Source: a virus. Taken from it: a stretch of 64,000 bases of DNA. The DNA is taken from positions 71,769 through 135,768 of IMG/VR virus record IMGVR_UViG_3300042894_002308. One strand, 5' to 3'. The number at the start of each line of letters is the position of its first letter. The first letter of the stretch is position 1. Shown piece by piece: positions 21,519-31,402 of the stretch. Made by a program: the position numbers and the translations under genes. The notes below the pieces were generated by a model. It was not told the origin of the DNA. It did not search any database and saw nothing but the letters and a program-made list of their open reading frames with translations.

Positions 21519-23021
21519 GTGGATATTGAAGTCGAATCTGTAGATGAAGTTCGTTACTACGTCAAAACAGAAAAAGGAATCAAGCAAGAATTACGAGATT
21601 ATTTCTCGTTCATGGTACCTGGTGCCCAGTACATGCCTATGTTCAAACGGCGTATATGGGATGGAAAGATCCGGTTATATGATATCCTTACATCTACTCT
21701 TCCTCGTGGTTTAAAAACTTATCTTGATAAGTTTTGTAAAGACCGCCAATACACTTTAAATATTAAAGAGAGCAGGAATCCCCTATGCATAACGGAGGAG
21801 AAACTTCTGGACTTCTACGAGACACTAAAAGTTTCTGTAAAGAAACAGCGGGTCAAAATGCACCCCCACCAAAGCCAAGCAATTCTGCACGCTATCAACG
21901 CTCACCGGTGTGTAATAGTATCTCCGACAGGTTCTGGAAAAAGTTTAATAATCTACGTCTTGCTCCGCTATCTACTCTCCGTAATAAAATCAGACAGAAA
22001 GATTTTAGTTTTGGTTCCAACGGTGGGGCTGGTTACACAGATGGAAACAGACTTCTTTGATTATTCAAAGACAGATCCTTCTTGGCTATCAAGAAAATAT
22101 ATTCATAAAATTAGTGCTGGTTTAGATAAAGATACTAATAAGCAGATAGTAGTCTCTACATGGCAATCAATATATAAGTTGCCAAAAGAATGGTTTGATC
22201 AATTTGATGCTATCTTTTTTGATGAGTGTCATCAAGCCAAATCAGAATCAATCAATATGATTGGACAGAAGCTTACCAAGGCATGGTTTCGTATCGGTAC
22301 TACGGGTACACTAGATCAAACAGAAGCACATCGACTCAGTATAGAAGGTATCCTAGGTCCAGCCATTCAATTTATTCAGACAAAGAGCCTAATGAACAAA
22401 GGGTTGCTTGCTACTCTTGCTGTTGACTGTATTGTATTAAAATATACAGACCAAGAGAAACAGGATATGAAGAAGCAAAAATATCCTGATGAAATCAAGA
22501 CTATAATAAGTAATAGTAGGAGGAATGAATTTGTCAAAGAACTCGCAATTCATACCAAAGGCAACACCCTCATCCTCTTCAACTATGTCGAAGGACACGG
22601 GAAACCTCTCCACTCTCTCATTGAGGCAGCAGGAACGGATAAGAAAGTATATCTTATTCACGGAAAAACAGAAGGTGAAGCAAGAGAATCAATTCGCCGT
22701 ATCGTGGATACACAAACTAATGCCATATTGGTTGCGAGTTACGGTACTACTAGTACTGGCATTAACATTGTCAACATTGATAATATTATCCTTGCCTCTC
22801 CTACGAAATCTGTAATTCGTTTACTACAAAGTATTGGCAGAGGTTTAAGGACATCTGCTAAAAAGAAAACTTTGAAAGTTTATGATATTGTTGATGATCT
22901 TTGTTACATGTCATACAAGAACCATGTTTATAGACATTTTGAAGAACGAATCAAAATTTATAAAAAAGAAAAATTTGATTACAGAATAATGTCTATGCCA
23001 CTACCTAGCGATGATAAATAA
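21519..23021 (+). CDS. uvsW: SF2 DNA helicase UvsW
   Basis: WDGKIRL, SPTGSGKS, DECH, LQSIGRGLR. Confidence 0.96.
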   Translation: MDIEVESVDEVRYYVKTEKGIKQELRDYFSFMVPGAQYMPMFKRRIWDGKIRLYDILTSTLPRGLKTYLDKFCKDRQYTLNIKESRNPLCITEEKLLDFYETLKVSVKKQRVKMHPHQSQAILHAINAHRCVIVSPTGSGKSLIIYVLLRYLLSVIKSDRKILVLVPTVGLVTQMETDFFDYSKTDPSWLSRKYIHKISAGLDKDTNKQIVVSTWQSIYKLPKEWFDQFDAIFFDECHQAKSESINMIGQKLTKAWFRIGTTGTLDQTEAHRLSIEGILGPAIQFIQTKSLMNKGLLATLAVDCIVLKYTDQEKQDMKKQKYPDEIKTIISNSRRNEFVKELAIHTKGNTLILFNYVEGHGKPLHSLIEAAGTDKKVYLIHGKTEGEARESIRRIVDTQTNAILVASYGTTSTGINIVNIDNIILASPTKSVIRLLQSIGRGLRTSAKKKTLKVYDIVDDLCYMSYKNHVYRHFEERIKIYKKEKFDYRIMSMPLPSDDK

Positions 23022-23036
23022 ATTAGGAGGGTTACT

Positions 23037-23705
23037 ATGTCTGACGAAGCACAAGAAACTCCCTGTGATGGTAATGTACGAGTAGTAAAGCTTATTAATG
23101 GCGAAGAACTATTAGGAATAGTTCAAGATGTTTGTACAAACCATATTTCAATGATACTTCCAGCAAAAGTTGAAACAGCATATTCAAAAGATGAAAATGG
23201 ATTATTAATTGAATATGTTAAATTAACAAATTATGCAGCAAGTGTAATAAATAGTGAAATTGTTTTAAATAAAAATGCAATCATGTTTATTGGTGATCCA
23301 ATTCCAGATATGTTAATTATGTATCAAACATTTTCTGAAGCTATGAAAACAGATCCAGAATCAATTAGAACCAGTACACTGGGTGAAGGTGTATCTAACC
23401 CACAAGCTGGACTTATGATGCTAAATGAGCTTTTTAATAATGAAGATTTTGTAAATTTTGTAAATGACATGATTGATAGTTTTGAGGGGTCAGAGGTCAT
23501 ATTGGATGATGAATTAGAAGAAATAGAAGAATCTGAGCAGCAGGAACCCTCTGTAGAGGATCTGTTGGTTGAGGAGGCTCCGAAGCCACCTAAGCCTGTA
23601 AAACGCCGTACAATGAATCCTGAAACTAAAAAACTACCATTTAATCCAGATAGCAGCCCAAATTCGGCTGAAAGCTGGTCAGATAATCCAGAAGATTATA
23701 TTTAA
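23037..23705 (+). CDS. Hypothetical protein, N-terminal Sm-like domain, acidic tail
   Basis: VVKLINGEELLG motif typical of the gene after uvsW in T4-like phages; TAAATA plus SD. Confidence 0.6.
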   Translation: MSDEAQETPCDGNVRVVKLINGEELLGIVQDVCTNHISMILPAKVETAYSKDENGLLIEYVKLTNYAASVINSEIVLNKNAIMFIGDPIPDMLIMYQTFSEAMKTDPESIRTSTLGEGVSNPQAGLMMLNELFNNEDFVNFVNDMIDSFEGSEVILDDELEEIEESEQQEPSVEDLLVEEAPKPPKPVKRRTMNPETKKLPFNPDSSPNSAESWSDNPEDYI

Positions 23706-24226
23706 AGCATATTGTTTAAATTTTCTGGTACATCTGGGCAGAAATCATAATAAGCAAATTTAAACTGACATGTTGCTTTTTGTATGATTGCATCCGAACT
23801 ATCGGATTGAAAAACCAACCCACTCAGTTTACTGGGAACAATATAATTAAATGTTACTTTTGTTACTGGGCAATTAGTAGAAGCACTGTAAATTATTAAA
23901 TTTGCTTCATGATGCCAATCTTGGTAATCGGCATTATAGTCAGTATCATTTTCTATGTTTGCTAAATTTCGCATCCAAGAATAAATACTTTGCCAATTTT
24001 CCAAATTTGAATCAACTATAAATTCTACATTTAAAGTTTCGTAGTTGAACTGCATTGTTGGAATAGGAATTGTTGTACCTAAAGTAGTTGGTTGATTTAC
24101 TTCTGGAATTGTACAACCTGGTAAATTTGCTTTTTGGCAATTTAATTCAAATTGTTTAGTTCCTCTTCCAAAAAATAAATTAAAGTAACTATTGTATAGT
24201 GGATTTAAATTTGTTGTGCAGCTCAT
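23702..24226 (-). CDS. gp3: Tail tube terminator/completion protein
   Basis: CQKANLPG, FIVDSNLENWQSIYSW, tube fold; follows gp23. Confidence 0.85.
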   Translation of the reverse strand: MSCTTNLNPLYNSYFNLFFGRGTKQFELNCQKANLPGCTIPEVNQPTTLGTTIPIPTMQFNYETLNVEFIVDSNLENWQSIYSWMRNLANIENDTDYNADYQDWHHEANLIIYSASTNCPVTKVTFNYIVPSKLSGLVFQSDSSDAIIQKATCQFKFAYYDFCPDVPENLNNML

Positions 24227-24247
24227 AATATTATTTATTTAAAAACA

Positions 24248-24275
24248 AAGACCTCCCCATTTCTGGGGAGGTCTT
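24248..24275 (-). terminator. Hairpin terminator after gp23
   Basis: aagacctcccca-tttc-tggggaggtctt, GAAA loop on - strand, T-rich tail. Confidence 0.85.
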
Positions 24276-24304
24276 GAAGTTTTAATTACTTACTTTCCGT
24301 TTGA

Positions 24305-25732
24305 TCAGATGGTGTTACCATGTAGATGGGTAACGTTGGTCAAGCGGTAGTATTGGTTCAAACCAGCAGTCAATGTCTCGCCGTCAGGAATCTTGTTACT
24401 ATTGATAACAAATGGGTTGGCTACAACACCATAACGAGTCTTGAACGCAATACGTGGTTGGAAAGTGTTAGGATCGACTGCACGTACCATTTGTAGCGGA
24501 ACGTATGGGCAGTAGAACAGACCAGCATCGTATGGAGATTCACCCTTATAGCCAGCAACGAAGAAGTTGACACCTAGTGGTGAATATGGATCGATATAGA
24601 CGCGGATCTTACCACTCAGAACACCAGCAAAGGTGCTTTGAGTATCATCAGCACTCATTTGTGGAGCAATACCAGGGCTGAGGCTCATGAAGCCAGACAT
24701 GGCTAGAGCAGCAGCAGTATCGCTGTCACAGATGATGAAGTTACCCTTACCACGGCGGGTTTCCTTAGCGATTGCATTGCATTCACGTTCGATTTGGAAA
24801 CTGAGACCACGGAAACGTTCAGCAGACCAACGACCATCAGAGTCGTTATCTAGATCGTATACACCCTTTGTTACAAGGTCATTTTGTTGTGAACCAGCTC
24901 TAGCAACATAGTAAATGGTCCTGACGATTTCACGATTGATTTCGGCAAGAATTTCTGTGCTGAGAAGATTGGCCAACTCTGCTTCGGCATCAAGACCGTG
25001 AACGGCCTTAAGGTCTTGTGCAAGTTCGACAGTGTAATTACTGCTTAGTGCACGAGTCTTGGCTTGTACTGCAACACGGTCAATGCTGAAGTTCATTTGG
25101 TTCCAAGATGCATATTGTGCACCACCTGCACCACCAGCACTACCAATACCTTCACCATAATTGGTGAGGATACCACGTAAAGAAGCAAGTTGAGCAGCGG
25201 TTGAAGTTACACCTGCAGCAGCATTCCAACCTGAAGAAAGACCCGATCCAGCGGTGATACCACCGAAGGCACCGAGAGTCCAACCCGAACCACCGAATTG
25301 TGCTTGTGGCTCTTGGAACATAGCTTCAGTATAAGCATTGCTACCATATGAACCACCTGCACCAGATCCGCCATAATTAGAGCGCATGGCAAAAATTAGG
25401 CCTGTTGGAGCGGTCATTGGTTGAACGCCACAGATATCGTATGCCATTAGATTCGGCATAGCACGACGAATCAATGAAATGAGTACTGGGTCGTAACCGG
25501 AAACTTGACCAGTGTTGTAACCAGATGAGGTGGATGGACCACCAAGGTTATTGTTGCCACCCATATCTTCATAGAGGTGCTGTTGACGAATGGACTGCTC
25601 TTGGTTCTCTAAAAGAACAGCAGTAACCTTTTTACGATAATCATCCTTAATTGCAGGAAGAGCCTCGTGATTGAGGACTGGATTCCATTTTTCTGTTAAA
25701 ATATCATACGGTGTGTTTTCTTGAAATTGCAT
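24305..25732 (-). CDS. gp23: Major capsid protein
   Basis: DPVLISLIRRAMPNL, GVQPMTAPTGLIFAMR, ELAQDLKAVHGLDAE, FQPRIAFKTRYG. Confidence 0.99.
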   Translation of the reverse strand: MQFQENTPYDILTEKWNPVLNHEALPAIKDDYRKKVTAVLLENQEQSIRQQHLYEDMGGNNNLGGPSTSSGYNTGQVSGYDPVLISLIRRAMPNLMAYDICGVQPMTAPTGLIFAMRSNYGGSGAGGSYGSNAYTEAMFQEPQAQFGGSGWTLGAFGGITAGSGLSSGWNAAAGVTSTAAQLASLRGILTNYGEGIGSAGGAGGAQYASWNQMNFSIDRVAVQAKTRALSSNYTVELAQDLKAVHGLDAEAELANLLSTEILAEINREIVRTIYYVARAGSQQNDLVTKGVYDLDNDSDGRWSAERFRGLSFQIERECNAIAKETRRGKGNFIICDSDTAAALAMSGFMSLSPGIAPQMSADDTQSTFAGVLSGKIRVYIDPYSPLGVNFFVAGYKGESPYDAGLFYCPYVPLQMVRAVDPNTFQPRIAFKTRYGVVANPFVINSNKIPDGETLTAGLNQYYRLTNVTHLHGNTI

Positions 25733-25779
25733 AGTAGTTAATTCTCCTAATGAGTTAAATTATTTAGTAAAGTGAAATA

Positions 25780-26805
25780 TTAGACTCTTTTGTTAAGTCT
25801 ACCTAGTGCTCCAATGTAGCTTTCGACTAGTGTTGTTGGAGCTTGTTTTACGGATGAGAACGTTTGCTCAGGATCAGCTTGACGAACTGGAGCTGGGCGA
25901 CGATTCATGTAATTCTCACGAATAGCAACGAGCTTTTCGCGATATTCTTCTGGTGTAGTGAAGTTTACGTTTTCCATTAAATTTTGAAGCTTAGAAATTT
26001 GAGTATCTGCCAAATCGCGGGTCTCGGCAACAAAGATGCCAGCGCATTCGGTTAGCGATACTTCCTTGCGAAGATCCATGGTGTACTTAACGGATTCATT
26101 GAGTTTGTTTTCTAAGTCTCTATTTTGAGCATAAAGTTCATCTAGAACGTTGTACTTCTCTGAAGGGACATCAATGTAATGATTCTCAAAAAGATTCTTC
26201 AGACCACCGATAAAGTTTTCGGCAATTTGAGTCTTGATGCCTTGTTCAACGGCGACAGCATTGTCTGTCATCCATTCTTCGACAACATAGTCTAGATAAT
26301 CGTCAACCTTCTCAACAAGAGATTCGGTTACGGTATCAAGATAGTTCTTAACGTTTTCATCAACTTCTTCAACGATAGATGCTACTTTTCTTTCTACGCG
26401 GTCTGAAACTGCGGCTTCAAAGATTGCATCTAGTTGATTGACCAAAGAAGCAGGAACATCTTCGCCTAAAAGAGAAATCAAAGCATCATGGAATTGTGCT
26501 CTAGTTTCTTCAGTGGTTTCGACTGGTTCGTCTTCGCCACCTTCTTCCATTTCTTCTTCATCTGAATCTTCATCAGAAGATTGTGTTGGGGCTGCACGCA
26601 TACCAGCGGAGGCTGACATTGTAGCTGGAACTCCTGGCTTACCCATACCACCAAAGGTAGCAGGCATTGCATTGATGACTGGTTGGGCAATCATATCAGA
26701 GCCACCAAGTGCATCATTTACACCACCTCCGGCACTTTGTGAATAGCCACTTGCCATACCGGTAGAGTTTGCTTCAGAAATCATATTATTTTTCTTGTTT
26801 TTCAT
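25780..26805 (-). CDS. gp22: Prohead scaffold protein
   Basis: IFEAAV, VDDYLDYVVEEW, LKNLFENHYIDVP. Confidence 0.95.
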   Translation of the reverse strand: MKNKKNNMISEANSTGMASGYSQSAGGGVNDALGGSDMIAQPVINAMPATFGGMGKPGVPATMSASAGMRAAPTQSSDEDSDEEEMEEGGEDEPVETTEETRAQFHDALISLLGEDVPASLVNQLDAIFEAAVSDRVERKVASIVEEVDENVKNYLDTVTESLVEKVDDYLDYVVEEWMTDNAVAVEQGIKTQIAENFIGGLKNLFENHYIDVPSEKYNVLDELYAQNRDLENKLNESVKYTMDLRKEVSLTECAGIFVAETRDLADTQISKLQNLMENVNFTTPEEYREKLVAIRENYMNRRPAPVRQADPEQTFSSVKQAPTTLVESYIGALGRLNKRV

Positions 26806-26846
26806 GTGAAAGGAATCCTTGTAAATTATTTATATATTTATTAACT

Positions 26847-27533
26847 TTACGGGTAACCAGGTAATTTATATCCTAGAGCCGATAACCGTTTTGCTTCTTC
26901 TGCTTCTTTAGCTGCTTTGATTGCTTTAGCTATTGGAGATTCTTCATCTGCAGAAGCACTTTGTGGAATTTCAAGTGGAACCCAAGGTTTTCCAGCTCCC
27001 TGTGCGGCGAGTGCAACTTGATTGATACCCATTTTTTTAACATTTGCATCAAAGTAATTTGCACCACTTAAATCAGCAAGATTATTCAACATACCTGCTG
27101 CTAAATCTCCAGGCAATCCAGCTGCAAATTTGGCTGCAGTTCCAATTATTGGTAAATCAGTTACAGCTCTTGGAAGCATTTTACCAAGTAATCCACCTGT
27201 TGCTCTAGCCGCGCCAGCAAGATCACCCAATACTTTGCCTGCTCCATACATACCCATTGCACCAGTCATGTTAATACCTGAATCACCAAACAAAGTAGAC
27301 TTTGATCCTATACCAGTTTTTCTAACTTTAACTCCGGGAACTGGAAGAGCAGCAGATCCAGTAGATCCACTTGTTATTGGAGTAATTCCAGTACCACCAC
27401 CAGATCCAGTGGGAGGTACAGCCTCAGTTAAAATAAATGCTTCTAGAAATTCACGATCCAAATTACAAGTAATTCTTTTGTTTAAAGATTCTATCAAGTA
27501 ATTTTGAGTTTTAACTGAGAGTGTTGATTTCAT
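26847..27533 (-). CDS. Hypothetical Gly/Ala-rich protein between gp21 and gp22, possible internal head protein
   Basis: YLIE and ILTE gp21-type sites near N-terminus; translationally coupled to gp21. Confidence 0.5.
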   Translation of the reverse strand: MKSTLSVKTQNYLIESLNKRITCNLDREFLEAFILTEAVPPTGSGGGTGITPITSGSTGSAALPVPGVKVRKTGIGSKSTLFGDSGINMTGAMGMYGAGKVLGDLAGAARATGGLLGKMLPRAVTDLPIIGTAAKFAAGLPGDLAAGMLNNLADLSGANYFDANVKKMGINQVALAAQGAGKPWVPLEIPQSASADEESPIAKAIKAAKEAEEAKRLSALGYKLPGYP

Positions 27534-28177
27534 GATAATTTGCGAAAGTAATCGTTAAATACTTTAACGATATTTTTGTTTAAATTTCTCTTTGAAGATT
27601 CATGAATTAATTTTTTAGCAGCAGAGTGTTCTCTTTCTTGCCAACTACCATGCACAAACATCCATTCGCGACCTTCCATGATTCCATTTACAAATGCATT
27701 TGGAGCAGATGGATCAGCAACGATGTCAATAGCGGCTAACATAAAGTCTTCTTGAACTTCTTGGTAACCATTCTTGGATTTTAAAGAACCCATACCACGA
27801 GTGGATACGCCAAGTTGTGCACCTTCATCAATGAGATTCTTTACAATCTTGCCCATTGGAGTATCAAGAACTTTAGCTTTGCCATAGACGTTTTTGCCGT
27901 CTTCGTACAGTTCTTTTACAATGTGTGAAACTCTATCCAAATTTACAGTAGGACCAGTTGGGTGGTTAAGTTCACCCATTGCTCTTCCCTTTGCAACATA
28001 TTCAGTGATATACCGTTTGCACTCTTTGAGCAAAGTGTTTTGTGGGTATATACGACCATTTCGGTTTTTAGTATCAGATTGCATGAAAACACCTTCAATA
28101 AAGTAGGTCTTCTCGCCGTTTCCGAGATTTTCCTTAACGTACTTGATGTCTTCAGTTATTTCCGTAATTAATTTCAT
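27530..28177 (-). CDS. gp21: Prohead protease
   Basis: NRNGRIYP, GELNHP, GVSTRGMGS, DIVADPSAPNA. Confidence 0.97.
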   Translation of the reverse strand: MKLITEITEDIKYVKENLGNGEKTYFIEGVFMQSDTKNRNGRIYPQNTLLKECKRYITEYVAKGRAMGELNHPTGPTVNLDRVSHIVKELYEDGKNVYGKAKVLDTPMGKIVKNLIDEGAQLGVSTRGMGSLKSKNGYQEVQEDFMLAAIDIVADPSAPNAFVNGIMEGREWMFVHGSWQEREHSAAKKLIHESSKRNLNKNIVKVFNDYFRKLS

Positions 28178-28338
28178 TGTTTAGTCTTTGGCTTTAAAAT
28201 AGCTTTTGCTACGTTCTTGTATTGTTCTTCTAAACGTTGTGCAGCTTTTCCAAACAAAACTTTACCAGTTTGTTCTTTAAAAGCAACAGCATTTTCTTCT
28301 ACGATATTTTTTAGCATTTGCCGAACGTTGTTTTTCAT
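28174..28338 (-). CDS. Small prohead core protein (gp67-like, 54 aa)
   Basis: Own translation MKNNVRQMLKNIVEENAVAFKEQTGKVLFGKAAQRLEEQYKNVAKAILKPKTKQ; ATGA overlaps at both ends. Confidence 0.65.
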   Translation of the reverse strand: MKNNVRQMLKNIVEENAVAFKEQTGKVLFGKAAQRLEEQYKNVAKAILKPKTKQ

Positions 28339-28748
28339 AATAGTTTCGTTACCTTCTGTGAAAAATTGATGTGCTCTTTGAATTTAATTCCGTCTTCAAA
28401 TATTTCTGAAATCATTTTTTGTCTATTTTGTGGATTCAAAGATTCAAACAATTGTTTCAAACTATGGATTTCAGATTCAGTAATATTTATACTTGAACCA
28501 TTTTTAAAGTTATAAACCCCACCCTTAAAATCATTAATAAAGTCTATAAATTCTTTTAGTTCTCTGGTATTTTCAGTGTTAGTAACTCTAGAAAATAACT
28601 TACGTTCTACTAAACTTTTGGACTCTTTTACGGTTTTATCTAATTTTATAGCCAGAGTTTGAATAATATTTTGTTTAAAAAAATTATTGTTTTCGGCTAA
28701 TAGACTTCTAACTCCGTGTTTTAGTAATAATTTTGTGGTAGGTATCAT
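28335..28748 (-). CDS. Prohead core protein (gp67/gp68-like)
   Basis: Between portal and protease; FKNGSSINIT...LFESLNPQNRQKM. Confidence 0.55.
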   Translation of the reverse strand: MIPTTKLLLKHGVRSLLAENNNFFKQNIIQTLAIKLDKTVKESKSLVERKLFSRVTNTENTRELKEFIDFINDFKGGVYNFKNGSSINITESEIHSLKQLFESLNPQNRQKMISEIFEDGIKFKEHINFSQKVTKLL

Positions 28749-30325
28749 TGTTGTTGTCCTGCGTCCTCGGCTGACATTCCTTGTGCTGCTTGTTGTGCAG
28801 CCATAGCAGCCTGTTCCTGTGCAATACGTTGACGATCAATTGCCATTTCTTTCTCAAGACCTTTGAGTTCTTCAGGAGTGTATCGCAATATATTTCGTTT
28901 AATGTATTCTGTTGAGAAATATTTACCAACATAGGGTTCAACATACGACAACATTTTAACACGTTCTGCAAGTATTTCTGCTTCTTTTAAATCCCAGAAA
29001 TAATTATCAGTAGTAAAAATAACATTGATGTCATTCTTTAAATGTCGCCAGTCTTCATCCGTCATTACACCTTTAAGCAACAACTGAACTCTTAATGTAT
29101 CAAGGAATAACCTTGAGAATTGAAAACGAAGACGATCAATAAACTTATAGAATTTAATTTCTTCACGAGATATTTCTGTAGATCTACCCATGTTGAAACC
29201 ATTTGTTTCTGGTTGCAAACGACTCATTGGAACGTTTAAGCAACCATATAGTTTCTTTTTGAAGTATTCTGCATCTTCAATTTGTGAAAGAGATTGGGCT
29301 CCAGGAAGCGTAGTAATTTCTGTACCACGTGAACCTTCACGGCGAGGTAACCAGTAATCTTCCAGTACAGACATGTGCTTACGCTCATCTCTTACTTCAC
29401 CGGTATCTTGATTATAAGTAAGGCGTGTGCGGAAACGGCTCATCATGTCGCGCATGTACTGTTCAGCTTTTTGTTTTGGTAACTGACCAACGTCTACGTA
29501 AAAAATACGACGTTCTGGTGCACGAGCAATTCTATAAACCAACAAGGCATCTTCCATTTGACGCAACATGTTTAGTGGACGAATTGCTTTATGTAAATAA
29601 CCTAAAACACGTTTGCTATTTAAATCAACCAATCCAGATGGAACATATACAACACTGTCTAACGATAAATGAAGACCTTGTGGACCAGTAAGTACATAAG
29701 ATTCTTTATCAGTATTTGTATAAATGTAATATTCTTCGATATCTTTAATGATAGATACCATTTGATTTTTTGAAGATTTGTCAACTTCTTTATGAACCTT
29801 ACGAACTTTTTTAATCTTTAAAGGATCAATTGGTATAATATCTTTGATACCTTCATTTGGTAGGTCTTTATCAATAACCAAATTATAATAAATTTTAGAA
29901 TCAATATACCATCGTCTAAAAATTTCATATGATTTATGATTAAAATCTAATAGATGTAAGATTGTATCAAATTCTTTATATATTTTTGTTTTGATTTGAT
30001 CGGAAACTGGACAATGTGTTAAATCTAATTTAACTGGTTTATGATCAGTTCCTTGAACTATCGACGCATTTACAATTTCATCAATCGCATTATCTAATTC
30101 AGGATATACAGACATATTTCTGTACATGATAATTGACTGTGTTTCATCACGTGTTGATGCTGCATAATCTAAAGCTGTACCAAAAAAACCACCAGCCTCA
30201 ATTGTAACCGTACCGTCATAAACTTCTGGTGCAGTTATAGCCTGTACAGGACTAGCCTGTTCTAGGCTTTTCTTGTTCTCATCTTTTTTCTTACCAAAAT
30301 AAAATCCTAAAAGCGGTAGTTCCAT
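28745..30325 (-). CDS. gp20: Portal protein
   Basis: YRIARAPERRIFYVDVG, EDYWLPRREGSRGTEITTLPG. Confidence 0.98.
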   Translation of the reverse strand: MELPLLGFYFGKKKDENKKSLEQASPVQAITAPEVYDGTVTIEAGGFFGTALDYAASTRDETQSIIMYRNMSVYPELDNAIDEIVNASIVQGTDHKPVKLDLTHCPVSDQIKTKIYKEFDTILHLLDFNHKSYEIFRRWYIDSKIYYNLVIDKDLPNEGIKDIIPIDPLKIKKVRKVHKEVDKSSKNQMVSIIKDIEEYYIYTNTDKESYVLTGPQGLHLSLDSVVYVPSGLVDLNSKRVLGYLHKAIRPLNMLRQMEDALLVYRIARAPERRIFYVDVGQLPKQKAEQYMRDMMSRFRTRLTYNQDTGEVRDERKHMSVLEDYWLPRREGSRGTEITTLPGAQSLSQIEDAEYFKKKLYGCLNVPMSRLQPETNGFNMGRSTEISREEIKFYKFIDRLRFQFSRLFLDTLRVQLLLKGVMTDEDWRHLKNDINVIFTTDNYFWDLKEAEILAERVKMLSYVEPYVGKYFSTEYIKRNILRYTPEELKGLEKEMAIDRQRIAQEQAAMAAQQAAQGMSAEDAGQQQ

Positions 30326-30336
30326 GTTTCACCTTG

Positions 30337-30858
30337 TTAATCTTTTGTAATATCACTAATTTCAATATAATCAAACGCAATAATAACGTTAAAACTATTT
30401 AACGTATTTGGATTACCCATATTAAGTGGAATCGGTTGAATTCCGGTAGGCCAACAACCATTCAAAATCCATTCTTTTTGTGGATTCTGGTTACCATTTA
30501 TATCTAAATGTTGAATTTTCCAGTTATATGCTTTATAATCATCTGGATCTATCGTGCTAACATTTGTATCATGATTATTAATAAAATCTTGCCATTTTTG
30601 GATTCTACCCCAAATGTTGTTGCTACCAGTATCATCCCAAACATTGAAAGACCATGTACCGTAATCTCTTTCTCCAGGATAGTGATAAAATCTTCCAAAA
30701 TGTTGATAACTAATTGTTTTTACTGCTGAATTTGGAATTGTTGTAGCGCGAACATGATAATCTGTAAAACCACCACCAGTTGGAAAACTGCCCGTAATAC
30801 GAAAACGGTTTTTTCTATTTCCACCAAAGAAGTTATTTTTAAAATCATTAATTAGCAT
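30337..30858 (-). CDS. gp19: Tail tube protein, copy 2
   Basis: GGNRKNRFR, PGERDYGTW, WPTGI. Confidence 0.85.
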   Translation of the reverse strand: MLINDFKNNFFGGNRKNRFRITGSFPTGGGFTDYHVRATTIPNSAVKTISYQHFGRFYHYPGERDYGTWSFNVWDDTGSNNIWGRIQKWQDFINNHDTNVSTIDPDDYKAYNWKIQHLDINGNQNPQKEWILNGCWPTGIQPIPLNMGNPNTLNSFNVIIAFDYIEISDITKD

Positions 30859-30859
30859 T

Positions 30860-31402
30860 TTAAGTATTATAGTTGTCTTGTATTTTTAAGTAATCAAAAG
30901 TTAAAGTAGTACTAAAAGAACTAAATCCTGCATCTCCCATGTTTAATTCCACTTCACCCACAACCGATGGCCAACATTTGTAAAGTGTTATTGTTTTTAA
31001 TAAACCACCATTTGCATCTAATTGTTTTACTATCCATGTTTTTTGTAAAGAATCATAATTAAAATCATCAGAATCTACTAAATGTGTGTAATGTCCATCC
31101 ATCAATTCTGACCATGTATGCATAGATTTCCACAAATTCTGAGTATTATTATCATCGTATATACCAACTGCCCACGTACTATATTGTCTATCTCCGGGTA
31201 ACAATAACATTCTACCGCGATAAGGAACCGGAATTGTATTTATTTGAGTTCCCGGTAAAGATGCAGATACCATTTTAAATGTAGCATCGGATTGAGTAAA
31301 TGGAACTTTTGTAGGCCATGAAGGAACAACAACAAAGCGGTTTGCACGGGTTCCTCCATTAAACCCGTTTTTAAAATTGATTATGGAGTTTCTATTTGCC
31401 AT
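30860..31402 (-). CDS. gp19: Tail tube protein, copy 1
   Basis: GGTRANRF, VPYRGR...PGDRQYSTW, WPSVVGEVEL, TLTFDY. Confidence 0.9.
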   Translation of the reverse strand: MANRNSIINFKNGFNGGTRANRFVVVPSWPTKVPFTQSDATFKMVSASLPGTQINTIPVPYRGRMLLLPGDRQYSTWAVGIYDDNNTQNLWKSMHTWSELMDGHYTHLVDSDDFNYDSLQKTWIVKQLDANGGLLKTITLYKCWPSVVGEVELNMGDAGFSSFSTTLTFDYLKIQDNYNT

